Source of the DNA: Sphagnum compactum
Taxonomy: Eukaryota
Assembly (NCBI GenBank): GCA_965153455.1
Contig: OZ234493.1
Coordinates: forward strand, 25,906,213-25,970,212
Direction: 5' to 3'
Length of the DNA: 64,000 nt
Positions 1 through 11,152 of the stretch are shown piece by piece (the first letter of the stretch is position 1; the number at the start of each line of letters is the position of its first letter). A model generated the notes under the pieces. It did no database searches and was not told the DNA's origin. It saw only the letters and a list, made by a program, of their open reading frames with translations. A program made the translations under genes and the position numbers.

Positions 1-65
1 GATGAACCTCAACCAAGTTAATATCTGGTTTTGCCTTGCTAACCCATTCTACAAGAAGTAGGACC

Positions 66-935
66 TTCTACATATAGTGAGATAGATTAGCTATGAAAAT
101 ACTAGTGACTATTAGTAGATATTATGTAGATTGTCTGTACATAGGTAAGGGCTGTTTTTACTACCTACCTAGTAACTAGCTTATAAGTAGTAAACTATAG
201 GGAACTGGAACCCAACATAAAACTGTTTTCTGATTACTCTCCATCCATCCTTCATAAGTGTTTCGTTGCTATATATAGCTTTCTACAGAACTTTGAAGTG
301 AAAGTAATGGTTTTCCTATATGGCCTTGTCTGCCTCTTTTTAGTGCCCTTACAAAGTCCGAATGAATGGAGAGGTCCTATGTGGTCTAATGGACCTAAGT
401 CGGGCAGGTTGGGAGACCTATTATTTACAAGACCATTCTGTAAAATTCATGCCCCTTATACAAATCCATATGAAAACGTGGAAGTGTGCTTGGTATAGCC
501 CCTGTTGCTGCCCATTCCAAAATTTGGGCTCACCCAGGTTCCAGGCTGCCCCAAATTCCACCTGGTCACAATGGCCTGTACCTGGCATGCTCCATAATAT
601 GAAAGTGGCATCCAGCCAAAACAAACCGTGGTTACAACTATCATGGTTTCTGTTGCAAAATTATGCCCAGCATTTTTCATTTGCATTTTTCATTCTCTAA
701 ACCCTCCTACATCCAACTCACACAACCCAGGTGAGTAAGTATCATATTAAGTTAGTAGGTAGCAAATATAAGTGGTCACTATGTAGTTAGGTAAGTGTGT
801 CACATGTGGGTGGTTAGTAGTTAGTACATTGGTAATCACTGTGGTTAGTTGAGGGGGGAATAAAATGAAAAAGTGTTTCCTGTCCACATACCATCCATCC
901 TACATGGTGTGTTGATGGAGGCTGGTTCACTCTGG
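66..935 (+). mobile_element. Possible Helitron-like non-autonomous element
   Basis: Starts TCTACATATAGT (cf. ACATATAGT at ~54356); degenerate hairpin CCATCCTACATGGTGTGTTGATGG followed by CTGG (CTRR) at 932-935. Confidence 0.35.
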
Positions 936-2659
936 CCCCTCTTTGTTTTTTTCAATTTTGAAACGTGGCTCAAGAACCAGTAACCTCCAGAAGAAGATTT
1001 GCCCAAAATCAGCTATGAAAGTCAAAAAATTAATAATCATTCTATATTTGGCTACCTGCTGAATGTGTAATAGAATTCTGGTGATTTAATTTCTTCCTAA
1101 TGTGGCGAGTTAGGGTCATTTTCCATTGAAAATCCTTGGAATAGTTTGAAATCATTTTTTTTTTAAGGTCCAAATATTGTAAAATTCGCCAGAAAACTCA
1201 GAGTGCAAAGTATGTTCAAACTTAATAGGGTTTCAATTGGTGGCCAAATATTCCTCCTGGTGGCTATATTCATCCTATGGAACAAGAGGATTTTACATTT
1301 CAACCAATATTTTACAAAAAAAAGTAACCACCCATTAGTTTATATACTTGACCCTTACCCCTCATTTCACTCTTTGAAAAAGAGAAAATCCCACCACACA
1401 TGTAAAAACCAGTGTTATGCAGGTCTTTGATTCTGCACCCCAACAGTGAATAGACCCATTTACATTTACACGGACTTAAGAGATAATCAAGCATCAATAG
1501 AATTCTATGGTCGGATATCATACCAACTCCAAAAGGCAGAATTGCAAATTGATGTGCAGAAATCTAAACTTGGAATAATTGGCAGAAAAGAAGTGGAATC
1601 ATGTTGATGTGAATTTGGAGAAGCTAGAAGACTAAAAAGCTTATTTATACTTTAGAACACATTTGAAGATGTTTGTTGGGTGTGGACTGCTAATTAATGT
1701 GCTTAAAACTTTCACCAAGATGCATGACTCTGTATCACCCCGCCCCACCCCCTACCCCCAATGTTTTGAGCTTGGTAACTATCTCTATGAGTATGAGGTC
1801 TGTTTGTTATCATGCCCCCATGTTGGGTTGGCTAAATGTAATATTCTCCTGATGAACTTTTCCCCTTTTCACTTGGATTGTTGAATACAAAAATGACTTT
1901 TCAATGTAAAATTTCTTGGCCAAGTTCCTTTTGTAGTTCCTAACCTTGAACTAGGAGGGTAATAATATTATAGAGAATAGGTAAATGGACAGAATTTCCT
2001 AACATTAAAAAACTTATCAGTTTTTTTTCAAATCTATTGAAACCAAAAATCAGAATTTAAACATGTATAATACTCTTGAGGTACATGTCAAAAATGATGG
2101 TTTCATTTCGTTTAATAGTTTGCATTAAGTCTTCTCTGATTCCTTCCGAGAGCCAAAACAATTGTCAAAAAAATCCTTTCAACCATTAAACTTGCAAATG
2201 TTTTTGACAAAACTTAAAAGGACACTCTTAAAGCATTTACTGTAACAAAAGGACTGCACTAAAACGATGCGAAGTGCGCACATTAGAAAAAATAACAATT
2301 AAAAGAAGTGGATTAATCTTCAATAAATTTGCAACTAAAATCGATTTAAATACAAATAAGAATAACTTGAACAAATACTGTGCTCGCTCTTAAATTACAG
2401 TTTGAAAAACCCAGGGATCTTAAACCTAGATCTCTTAACTAATTTTGGGTACAAGGTTCTGACAAAGTAAGCTTCAAGATGTAATTGTAAAAAAGCTTAA
2501 ACACAACTTAAAATTACACCATTGAATTTGGGATTTGGGGCTCTATACAAAGTGGGATAAATATGGATCATCATTTGATATATTCAAACCTCCCTTTTCT
2601 GTAATGTTATCCTCGAAACATGAAGCTGGCTAAATTCCAATTACTAGTCAGGTGTGGAG

Positions 2660-2876
2660 ATCAGGTAAGTTTCTAGCTCACCCATGTTCAACAGTTGAGA
2701 AGATAGTTCTAGTACTAATCAGGTAGTACAGTTCTAGCATCCTTGTTCCAACAGTAGAAGAGCTAAATATGATCAGGTAGTTCTAGCACCCATGTTTGAA
2801 CAGGTGAACAAGTGTGAAGATCAGGGTAGCTAGGAGAACAAATAATCAGGTAGTTTTAGCACCCATGTTCAACGGG
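2660..2876. repeat. Degenerate tandem repeat (4 copies plus a partial, ~55-70 bp spacing) just downstream of the LRR-RLK stop
   Basis: ATCAGGTAGTTCTAGCACCCATGTTCAAC-like units at ~2660, 2718, 2773, 2846. Confidence 0.75.
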
Positions 2877-2985
2877 CGAGAGCTTCAGTACTGCAGCAGC
2901 TGATCTGCAGACCTGAAAACCCTGCAACTAGTAAGCATACACGGAACTAGCTAGTGCCTTGGTTTGCAGCTGTACTAGTTTTCTT

Positions 2986-5900
2986 CTACACTGTACATTC
3001 TCGGGCTGGGGAGCTGCATATACTCCAGCTAGGAGCTAGGTCAAATAGGAAAGCCTCACCTTTGATGCCCACAAAGCCAGCTTCTAGAACGTCAGCTTGG
3101 TTGAAGACTTCGTTGCAGAATCTAAAAGAACCAGAATTACAGCTTGTTGTCTCACCCACTGACGGCCATAATTCGGAATTGGGTGTCTGCAAGCAGCTTG
3201 ACGAAGATACGGACTCGATGTTATCAGTTAATGTTTCAAGGGCTTCCACTACTTTAGTCATTGAAGGTCTGTCTTGTGGTAAGAGTGAGACACACTGGCA
3301 TGCCACTTCTAGTAGCAGGCGGAGCGCTTCGTATGGTGTTTGGTCCTTCAGATATGTATCTACCACATCGGATTCATGTCCTTCTTTACATAAGTTTCGC
3401 ACCTGCAGTACACCAGTACCAAATTAAGCTAGCTGTTAATACAACATTGATCAGATCAGGTGCAAAGCAAGTAGATCATCTTCAACCCAGAAACTGCACT
3501 CAACTAATTACTCACCATCCATACATGTGCAATATGCATGTTGAGAAAAATTCTGGTCATGTAGATCATGTTGAGAATGGCAACAAATGATTCATAAGTT
3601 TAGACTGTAACCCTACAAAGATGGATGTGCTATCAGAACGTCACAAGAGAGGTTGTTATATGCCAATAATACATGCCTAATAAATTATGTATTCAATTTT
3701 GTGTAGGGTATGATTGAAGAAAAAGCAAAAGTTAGTACCCAGCCAGCGAGATTGACATGATCCTCAGTCACCGTGAAGAAGTCATCAGTTGGCCTGCGTC
3801 CACTAAGAATTTCCAGTAAAAGCACACCATAACTATAAACATCCACTTTCTCTGTAGCTTGTCCTGTCTTTGCATACTCTGCAAGGCACAATGACAAGAA
3901 TTCTTAGCAGCTGAAAAAAAATTAATAACAATATTATTTCATCTGATTTTCAACAAAGAATATATTGGTCCAGTCATACCAGTACTGGCCAGATCCCAAG
4001 ACCAAACACGAAAAGAACCCATATTAGATTAGAGATCAAAACCAGGGCATTAGGGATTTTTAGGGTTTGGGTTTAGAGTTTAGGTTTTAGTGTTACTGCA
4101 TCCAATACCATTTAGCAGCTCCACTTTGTATATTAATTCATGCATTCATGAAGACTTCAGCAATCAAAGTTTTCAAAAAGATGATTCATACTTTGTGATC
4201 ATTTTAAAGCTATGATTACCAATAAGTCTAGAAGACAATTTGTGGATAAATAATTAGAGATCTGTCAGAGACAACTGGTACCTGGTGCAATATAACCAAA
4301 TGTTCCTCCAACAGTTGCAGTGATATGAGTGTCACTGGAATCCAGGAGTTTGGCCAATCCAAAATCAGAAATATGAGGCTCAAAACGGTGGTCCAGGAGA
4401 ATATTGGTAGAGCTTATATCCCCATGTATAATGGAAGGATCACAACCATGGTGCAAATAAGCCAAGCCTCTTGCCACACCTATTGCGACTCGGTACCGTA
4501 TCACCCAATTCACCACCTTCAATTCTGTCGATTTCTCTGTGAAAAAAAATAGGAAACTCCCAAATCACACCAATATTAATATAAGAGTGAACGTGCAATA
4601 CATGATTCTCAGTAAGCATATCACTCATTATAAGTATGAACAGAAAAAAGATGAGACGTTGTAGTACTAGTGCAACGTGCTTGTTGAGCACCAACAAGCA
4701 CCTGCATGTCCATAGCTGCACAGATCCTCATACAAAATCCTTTTTAGATCATGTAGAGTACTGGTCTTGGGGTTTAAATCTAGATCGATCAGGTGACATT
4801 CATACAATATTGACTTGAATATTTTATAATCTCGTGAAGAATCAATGTATGTAGAGTTGATGAATATTTACCATGCAATAGTTCATCAACTGAGCCATTG
4901 GGAAGGAAGTCGTATATGAGGAGTTTTGATTGAGGAGCAGTGCAAAAGCCTCTTAATCTGACTAGATTCCGGTGCTTGACTGTAGCCAAGGTGTTGAGCT
5001 CGTTTTCAAAGCTGCGCTGATTTTCTAAGCACTGCTTCAGTTTTTTCACCGCAAACACGGAGTCGTCTTTAAGTACCAACTTGTACACCACCCCATATGC
5101 ACCCTCACCAACAATATCTCTTTTGCGTACTCTGCTTATGGCTCGAAACATCTCTCTTGATGATGGAACTATTACTCCACTTTGGAACATGACTAGCTTG
5201 CCACCTGCATGCAGCAGCAATAAATAAGTCCCCACAAAACTATGATCAAAATTAGCATATCAGGATCAAATTGTTTAGACTGATGGGTACCATTTCTAAG
5301 TTCCATTTATATGACCAGTTTCATAGGTCAGGCCGTGAGCTATTATGCCACTGTTTTTTCTGCACAACAGGGAACTCTTAAGGAGTGCAGATCATTACTA
5401 CATAATTGCTAATTATAATGTTTACGTGCAGATTAATCAGTAGTGCACCATTTGCAGGAAAATACAAGCTGCTACAATGAGCTGCAGTGGCATTGAATGA
5501 AAAAGAAAACAAATGAATTACCTGTTCCAACATTTATTTCCAGCTTAGTATCTGTTTTCATCCAGTGTCGCAGAAGAAGGAGGCCCAAGACAAGCTTCAA
5601 AAGCAGGAAGACTCCCACTGACAATAACACTATTTGCAGGAGGCTTAAACCAGCTGAGCCTGTCTTTTGATGTCCTGCAGCATTCATCAGAACGACCGTT
5701 ACCTTGGTTTGACAACTTGTCACAAATTTGGACTCTTATAAGATTTATCCTTATATGAGGTTGATCTGTTCCTCGAAGATCAGAGTATATTCTCATGGAT
5801 GACCATGGACTGTAATTCTAATGTGCACTTGAAGATTGAAGTATTGAGAAATCAGCAAGGAAGTATAGTTTATTACAAGACTGGCCCCCTGAAGAATTAT

Positions 5901-8829
5901 AGGAAAATCACTTCGATTTGAATACCGCATACATGCAAAATGGGATGAAGGTCAGGTGCCAAAAAGAAAGTCATAGCCTACCAGCTATTGAAGCTCACCT
6001 AGTGTAGTTGCAGCAGGAGGACTTATTGCGGGACTTGGACCAGTCGTACTAGTGGCAGGACAAATGGGGACTTCTTGCTGCTGTTCTTTAATGCTCACGC
6101 ACAAGTTTGGGTTTCCTGAAAACCTAACCAAACAAGAGCATGAGGACAATGGTTGAATATTAGATGGTGAGCCCATGCAGCCTGATCATCCCATAATGCT
6201 GATTAGCAAAAACCAACCGCCAAGTTGCTTGATGGCACTTTGGCAACATATATTAGCTCCAAATTGAATGAATTGAATAAACAGATCACAACTCTAAGTT
6301 GATCAAATGATGACTGTGTAAGATTAGGCAAAACAAGAACTTGATGATCATTGGAGCCCTCTTTTGAGTCAACTTACAAATTTATATTAAAACTGGGAAC
6401 AACTAGCTAGACAATGGACATGCACAAGGCGCTGGTACCAAAACTATGTAACATCACTCACGATGATGAATTGAAGCGGAGCAAAATTGCTGTTGGGATT
6501 GGTCCAGAAAGCTCATTATTTGACAAGTCCCTGCAATGGACATCACAAAAGCAATTTATATGTACTTAACTTCAATGACAAAACTTTAGAATGTGCCATG
6601 TTTTCATTTCCACTAGAGTTGGGAAAATGGCTGCATATAGAGAGTATTCCATACATGATTAATCCTGCAAAGCAAGTCAATGAACTTTGTTCTAGAGCAC
6701 CAAGTGTGAGCGCCCAGTCTGATCTACATACATAAATCTTTTAAATTCCTGTTGAAATACAGCAGGAGGAGACAACATAACTGGTTTTCAAATTTGTACT
6801 AAAACTAAAGAAATTGAGTCCTGAGGACATATGCAAGTGAAGAAGAAATCTAGATTTTATGATGCTCATGAGTAGTAAACAATTTGAATTTGCCTGCTCT
6901 AGTGCATCTTGAACACAAATATGTGCACAGGGCTCCACATGCATAATCTAGATCAATTAAAGAATATCAGCAACTAATTGAAATAGATAGCAACTCAAGA
7001 GTAAAGAGCTTATGAAAAAGGCTTACAGTCTTTGGAGTTTTATCATTTTGGCTAAACCATCTGGAATGCTCCCCGAAAGATTATTATTATGCAAATACCT
7101 GAATAGAATAGGACTCACCGAAAAGGCTGTGAGAACTTCAAGGGTTAACATGTTGCATAGCTGCATGAGCTGGACATGTAGGTGAGGATGGTTTCTTTGA
7201 GCAGTTTACATCTGGAAAAGAGAATATAAACTATGGAAACTGATTGTACACTGGGGAGATAGTATCTAGTCTAGCACACTTACATTGCTCGTGTTCGTGT
7301 TAAGTTTCCAAAAGATGTGGGGATGCTCCCATTCAAGTTGTTATAGTGTAGGGCTCTGGCAAAACACAGTTGAATGTCATTAGCTTACAGTAGTGATCCT
7401 GATTGCAAAAATTCCAGAAAATTGTTTCTCTCCAAAAGTCCATCTCTAGAGTTATCCTGTGAAGTTCCAATTTCTTGAAGACTCCTGAATATATCCAGGC
7501 ACAAGCTGGAAGGTTCAAAATCGTCTGAACTGAAGATCTGCATTATATGATATGAAGTCTCCTATGTTGCCCTGATATCTAATTCTAGAATACTGTGGTC
7601 TATCTAGAGTTAGAAGGAGGAGGAGGCTTACAATCTCCTTAAATTAGTGAGCTCTCCCAATTCAGGAGCTATTGGACCCTGCAAATGATGTCTTCCCAGA
7701 TTTCTGCATACACCATCCAGACCACCAATATATATTATATCTATTATAACTATTGTATGAATTTTATTTGTTGATGTTTTATTGTTGTTCATCAGCCAAC
7801 AGTAAACAAACCCAGCTTCCCCCAATTTCATAAATTGATGTAGCGACAGTTTAGAAGTTACAATGACATGCTACTACTTTTCTGTGCCATAAATTTCAGA
7901 GACTTAGACTGCAGTATCTTGAGTCTTCAAGAAGTTAAATCTTGCTCAGCTTGCAAGAGATGAACTTTAATTACAGTACATAGATGTGACGACATTGGTG
8001 ACAGTGTTGCACTGGATTCCTTCCCAGCTGCATGGGTTTGTACTAACTGCAGCATCCCAGCTCTTCAGACTCCCATCTGGATCTTGAACACTGTTTTTGA
8101 AGGCCAACAAGGCCATACCTGTATACATATTACAGAAAAACCCAGCATACCATTAAACTTAGACTCAATATGTTTTGTGCCGCTCATTTATCATATCAAG
8201 TGAAAGCCATACACATGTAGACCACCATATAAGTGCATAAATACGCAAACATTCATCAGGACCTGAATGTACATACAACAGGCTATCTGGAACCAGGATT
8301 GTACAAACCAAAACCCTAGTATGCTCATGGTTCCAGACCACCCTTGGCACCAATCACACAGTGGTAGCTGGTTGCACATGATGATGGTCCTAACTGAGCA
8401 AGACTTCTAGTCTCTAGAAATTGGATTTTTTAGCAAGACTGTTCCCATGATCATACATACAAAAGCCTGGAGATTTCATGTCCAGGGACTTGCCCCCTGG
8501 ATCCTACTCCACGCTCTCGGAAAATATTCATGGATTCCCATGTTTCACACTACTAGAGCTGCTTGCAGACCTGGAAGGCAAGCACCTACGGTTCTAGGGA
8601 TCAAGATTGCGAAAACTGCAGCAGCTGGTTGTAACTGGATCGAAGAACATTCGGAAGGAATAGTTTTGCTCTTGAAGCTCAAACACTAGGGATGAAGATT
8701 GAAAGACTTGCCTTCCGAGTTGAGAGCTTCAATTGCTGTTGAAAGAAATTCCAACAGTAGCAATATGCATTGAATCCGTTTCAGAACATAACTCCAGGCT
8801 TTCCGTCTCTGTCGATCCCGCGACGACAT
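2986..8829 (-). CDS. Leucine-rich repeat receptor-like kinase, FEI1/FEI2-like (LRR-XIII type), ~654 aa, 12 coding exons
   Basis: Hand-spliced exons (minus): 8829-8712, 8118-7980, 7703-7632, 7355-7284, 7098-7027, 6530-6462, 6123-5999, 5674-5522, 5204-4872, 4536-4282, 3878-3739, 3402-2986. Total 1965 nt, phases consistent, GT-AG except intron 1 (GC-AG). Product: signal peptide (..[19 protein letters not shown]), LRRNT ([17 protein letters not shown]), LRR exons of 72/72/72/69 nt ([11 protein letters not shown]), FSGNPNLC cap, TM helix, GKLVMF juxtamembrane, kinase motifs [33 protein letters not shown]. Confidence 0.93.
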
Positions 8830-9886
8830 TGTCAGCTTCTTTAGTGTGCTGCAGAGTTGACCTCTGAGCTGCTCTGCTTCAAATCCCCAGGCACCCTCCC
8901 TTGAATCCTAGCTAGTTGGCGCACATGAAACCGCGTGCCAAAATGGCTGAGGTTTTGACCCGGTTCTGATCTCGACGAGGACCTGAATTTCTATATAAGT
9001 AGCGCAAGAACGTTAGCTGAAAAATTCAAGTCTTTGTGGACTAGGTTTCGAGTCCAGAAAACCTGACAAGCAGCTTCTTATCAACCCCTTTGCAGCGCTT
9101 CCTCTTGCCGCGAGTTGCGACCGTCCAGTTGAAAGGAACGCATACAGAACCAGCTAAAGACTGAAGAAGACACTACCAGCAAAGAACTTTAAAACACCTC
9201 AGTATGGAATACATCGATCTATAGTACACAAGATTTGTATGTGTATAACTTTTGCTCAAAGAAACAGCAACCTGATTCAACAAGTCTACTACAAAAAAGC
9301 TCGGTTTGATTCGAGAATACAATAAACTCATCATCAGCTAGGCGGCAGCTGGTAGCATTTACTTCTAGCGGCCATAAACTTCTAACTGTTCCAGATTCGC
9401 GGCCAAAAAAAGGTTCAAAGGGTGAAGCTATGACCTGAGGAAGAGCTCGATCGATGCTCCACCATTTTATTCTCACCGGACGTTAGTGACACCCAGAGAG
9501 ATATTGAAAGCATGAATGAGAAGACAGCAGAAACTGGACTCTGGAGATGAAGTGCCGTATCAAGGGTACTTCCACATTTCCGAATGGAAAAAAATAGTTG
9601 AAATATATTCGATTCATCAAGCGGAGCTATAATGCTATAGAGGATCAAATCTCCTGAATAGAATAAATAAAATTAGATAAGCAACAATGTCGACGCATCA
9701 CTAGATTCACAAAGCTACAACTCCTCATTAGCTGCTAGACTCACGACTGCAACCCAATCTAAGCTACATGTAATGTCGTCCACCAACGCTGGAATGGCGG
9801 CTACTGATGAACTAATATTCATGTCTGGCCCATGGGATGCTAAACTACTAGACTATCGAGGTTCTTCAGAAACAATAGTAGATAAC

Positions 9887-9905
9887 GATCATGAAGTGCA
9901 AATGT

Positions 9906-9942
<37 letters not shown>

Positions 9943-10345
9943 ATCATCTACTCTAACACTTGAAGAACAATATGATCATGAAGTGCTAATGATATCTCTC
10001 TCTTTCTCTCTCTCTTCTCCGCTATCCATCATGTACTAGTAGACCATAATCATGAAGTGCTACTGATCTCTCTCTCTCTTCTCTGCTCTTCATCATCTAC
10101 TCTAACACTAGTAGAGCAAAATGATCATGAAGTGCTAATGATATCTCTCTCTCTTTCTCTCTCTCTCTCTCTGCTCTCCGTCATGTACTCTAACACTAGT
10201 AGACCATGATCGTGAAGTGCTACTGATCTCTCTCTCGCTTCTCTGCTCTCCATCATCAAGATCATGACGTGCTACTGGTCTCTCTCTCTCTTCTCTTCTC
10301 TTCTCTTCTCTTCTCTTTTCTCTCCTCTCCATCATCTACCCTCCA
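9887..10345. repeat. Compound tandem array, ~6 units of 60-90 bp each containing a (CT)n microsatellite
   Basis: Repeated GATCATGAAGTGCTA.TGAT-(CT)n-CATCATCTACTCTAACACT. Confidence 0.85.
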
Positions 10346-10930
10346 TGCACACAAGAAAAAGAGGCAGTTAGTAGGAGTGATGAGGCTTACTATTGTTTCG
10401 GGGCCTCGGGCGGCGCGTTAAGCTCGCGACCACAGCTGTAAAAATGAGGCTTGTATTTAGATCAGCTGATTACTTTTCTCCCTTCTTTTCGGACGCTTTT
10501 TCTCACTTACAATACTTAAAATGATGTGAGCCTATACAAGACATGGCTTGCATGTACAAAAGCTCGCCGCCATTTAATGAGCTCGCTAATTGTTTCTTTA
10601 TTCATCATGCTTTTTTTTCCCGTCTTGAATTCAACTGCTCCCTGATCCATCCACTAGTTCATGGGGATTAATATGTGACCCAGCATTCATCATCCAGTGT
10701 GCACCATCCCTTGGCAACTCCTTCCAACTCAGACATTGTTGCTGATAATGAACCCACACCTGAGTGTTGTCAAATTGACTTGAGGAAATGTTAAATTTGA
10801 ACTCAGAGAACCTGATGTCAGTCAAAAATGGGATATCTATAATACTTCTAAACAACCCCCAAAAAATTTAGGGTTTTTATCCTGCTGCCAGTGTAGGTCC
10901 TCCTCAGCACTAACTCCCAACCCCCTATAA

Positions 10931-11152
10931 TGGTACATTCACACTTGACATTAAAAGTCAGTGTAAAATGACAAATCTAGGTGGCATCCTAGGTGGCACC
11001 CAATGTTAAGTGGGTGGTAGCTTAATTTTAAGTGAATGTTAACTTAACATAAAATGTTCATGGTAAGTAGGTGTAAGTCCTAAATGACTAACTAGCATGG
11101 TGTTAGGGGACTCTCAACACTAGACTCCCAAACACCAAGTGTGAATGCACCT
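10931..11152. mobile_element. Tourist/PIF-Harbinger-like MITE, second copy, upstream of the LRR-RLK
   Basis: TIR TGGTACATTCACACTTG / CAAGTGTGAATGCACCT, flanks TAA/TTA; shares TAAGTGAATGTTAACTTA.CATAAAAT.TTCATGGTAA with 40827-41027. Confidence 0.8.

Noticed and set aside
950..1200. Sequence similar to 35085-35275
   Set aside because: An ordinary degenerate dispersed repeat with no definable ends or function.
2954..3427. 157-aa plus-strand ORF
   Set aside because: Antisense shadow of the kinase last exon.
9887..10345. CRISPR-like repeat/spacer appearance
   Set aside because: The spacers are CT microsatellites, the repeats are degenerate, the context is eukaryotic and no cas genes are present.
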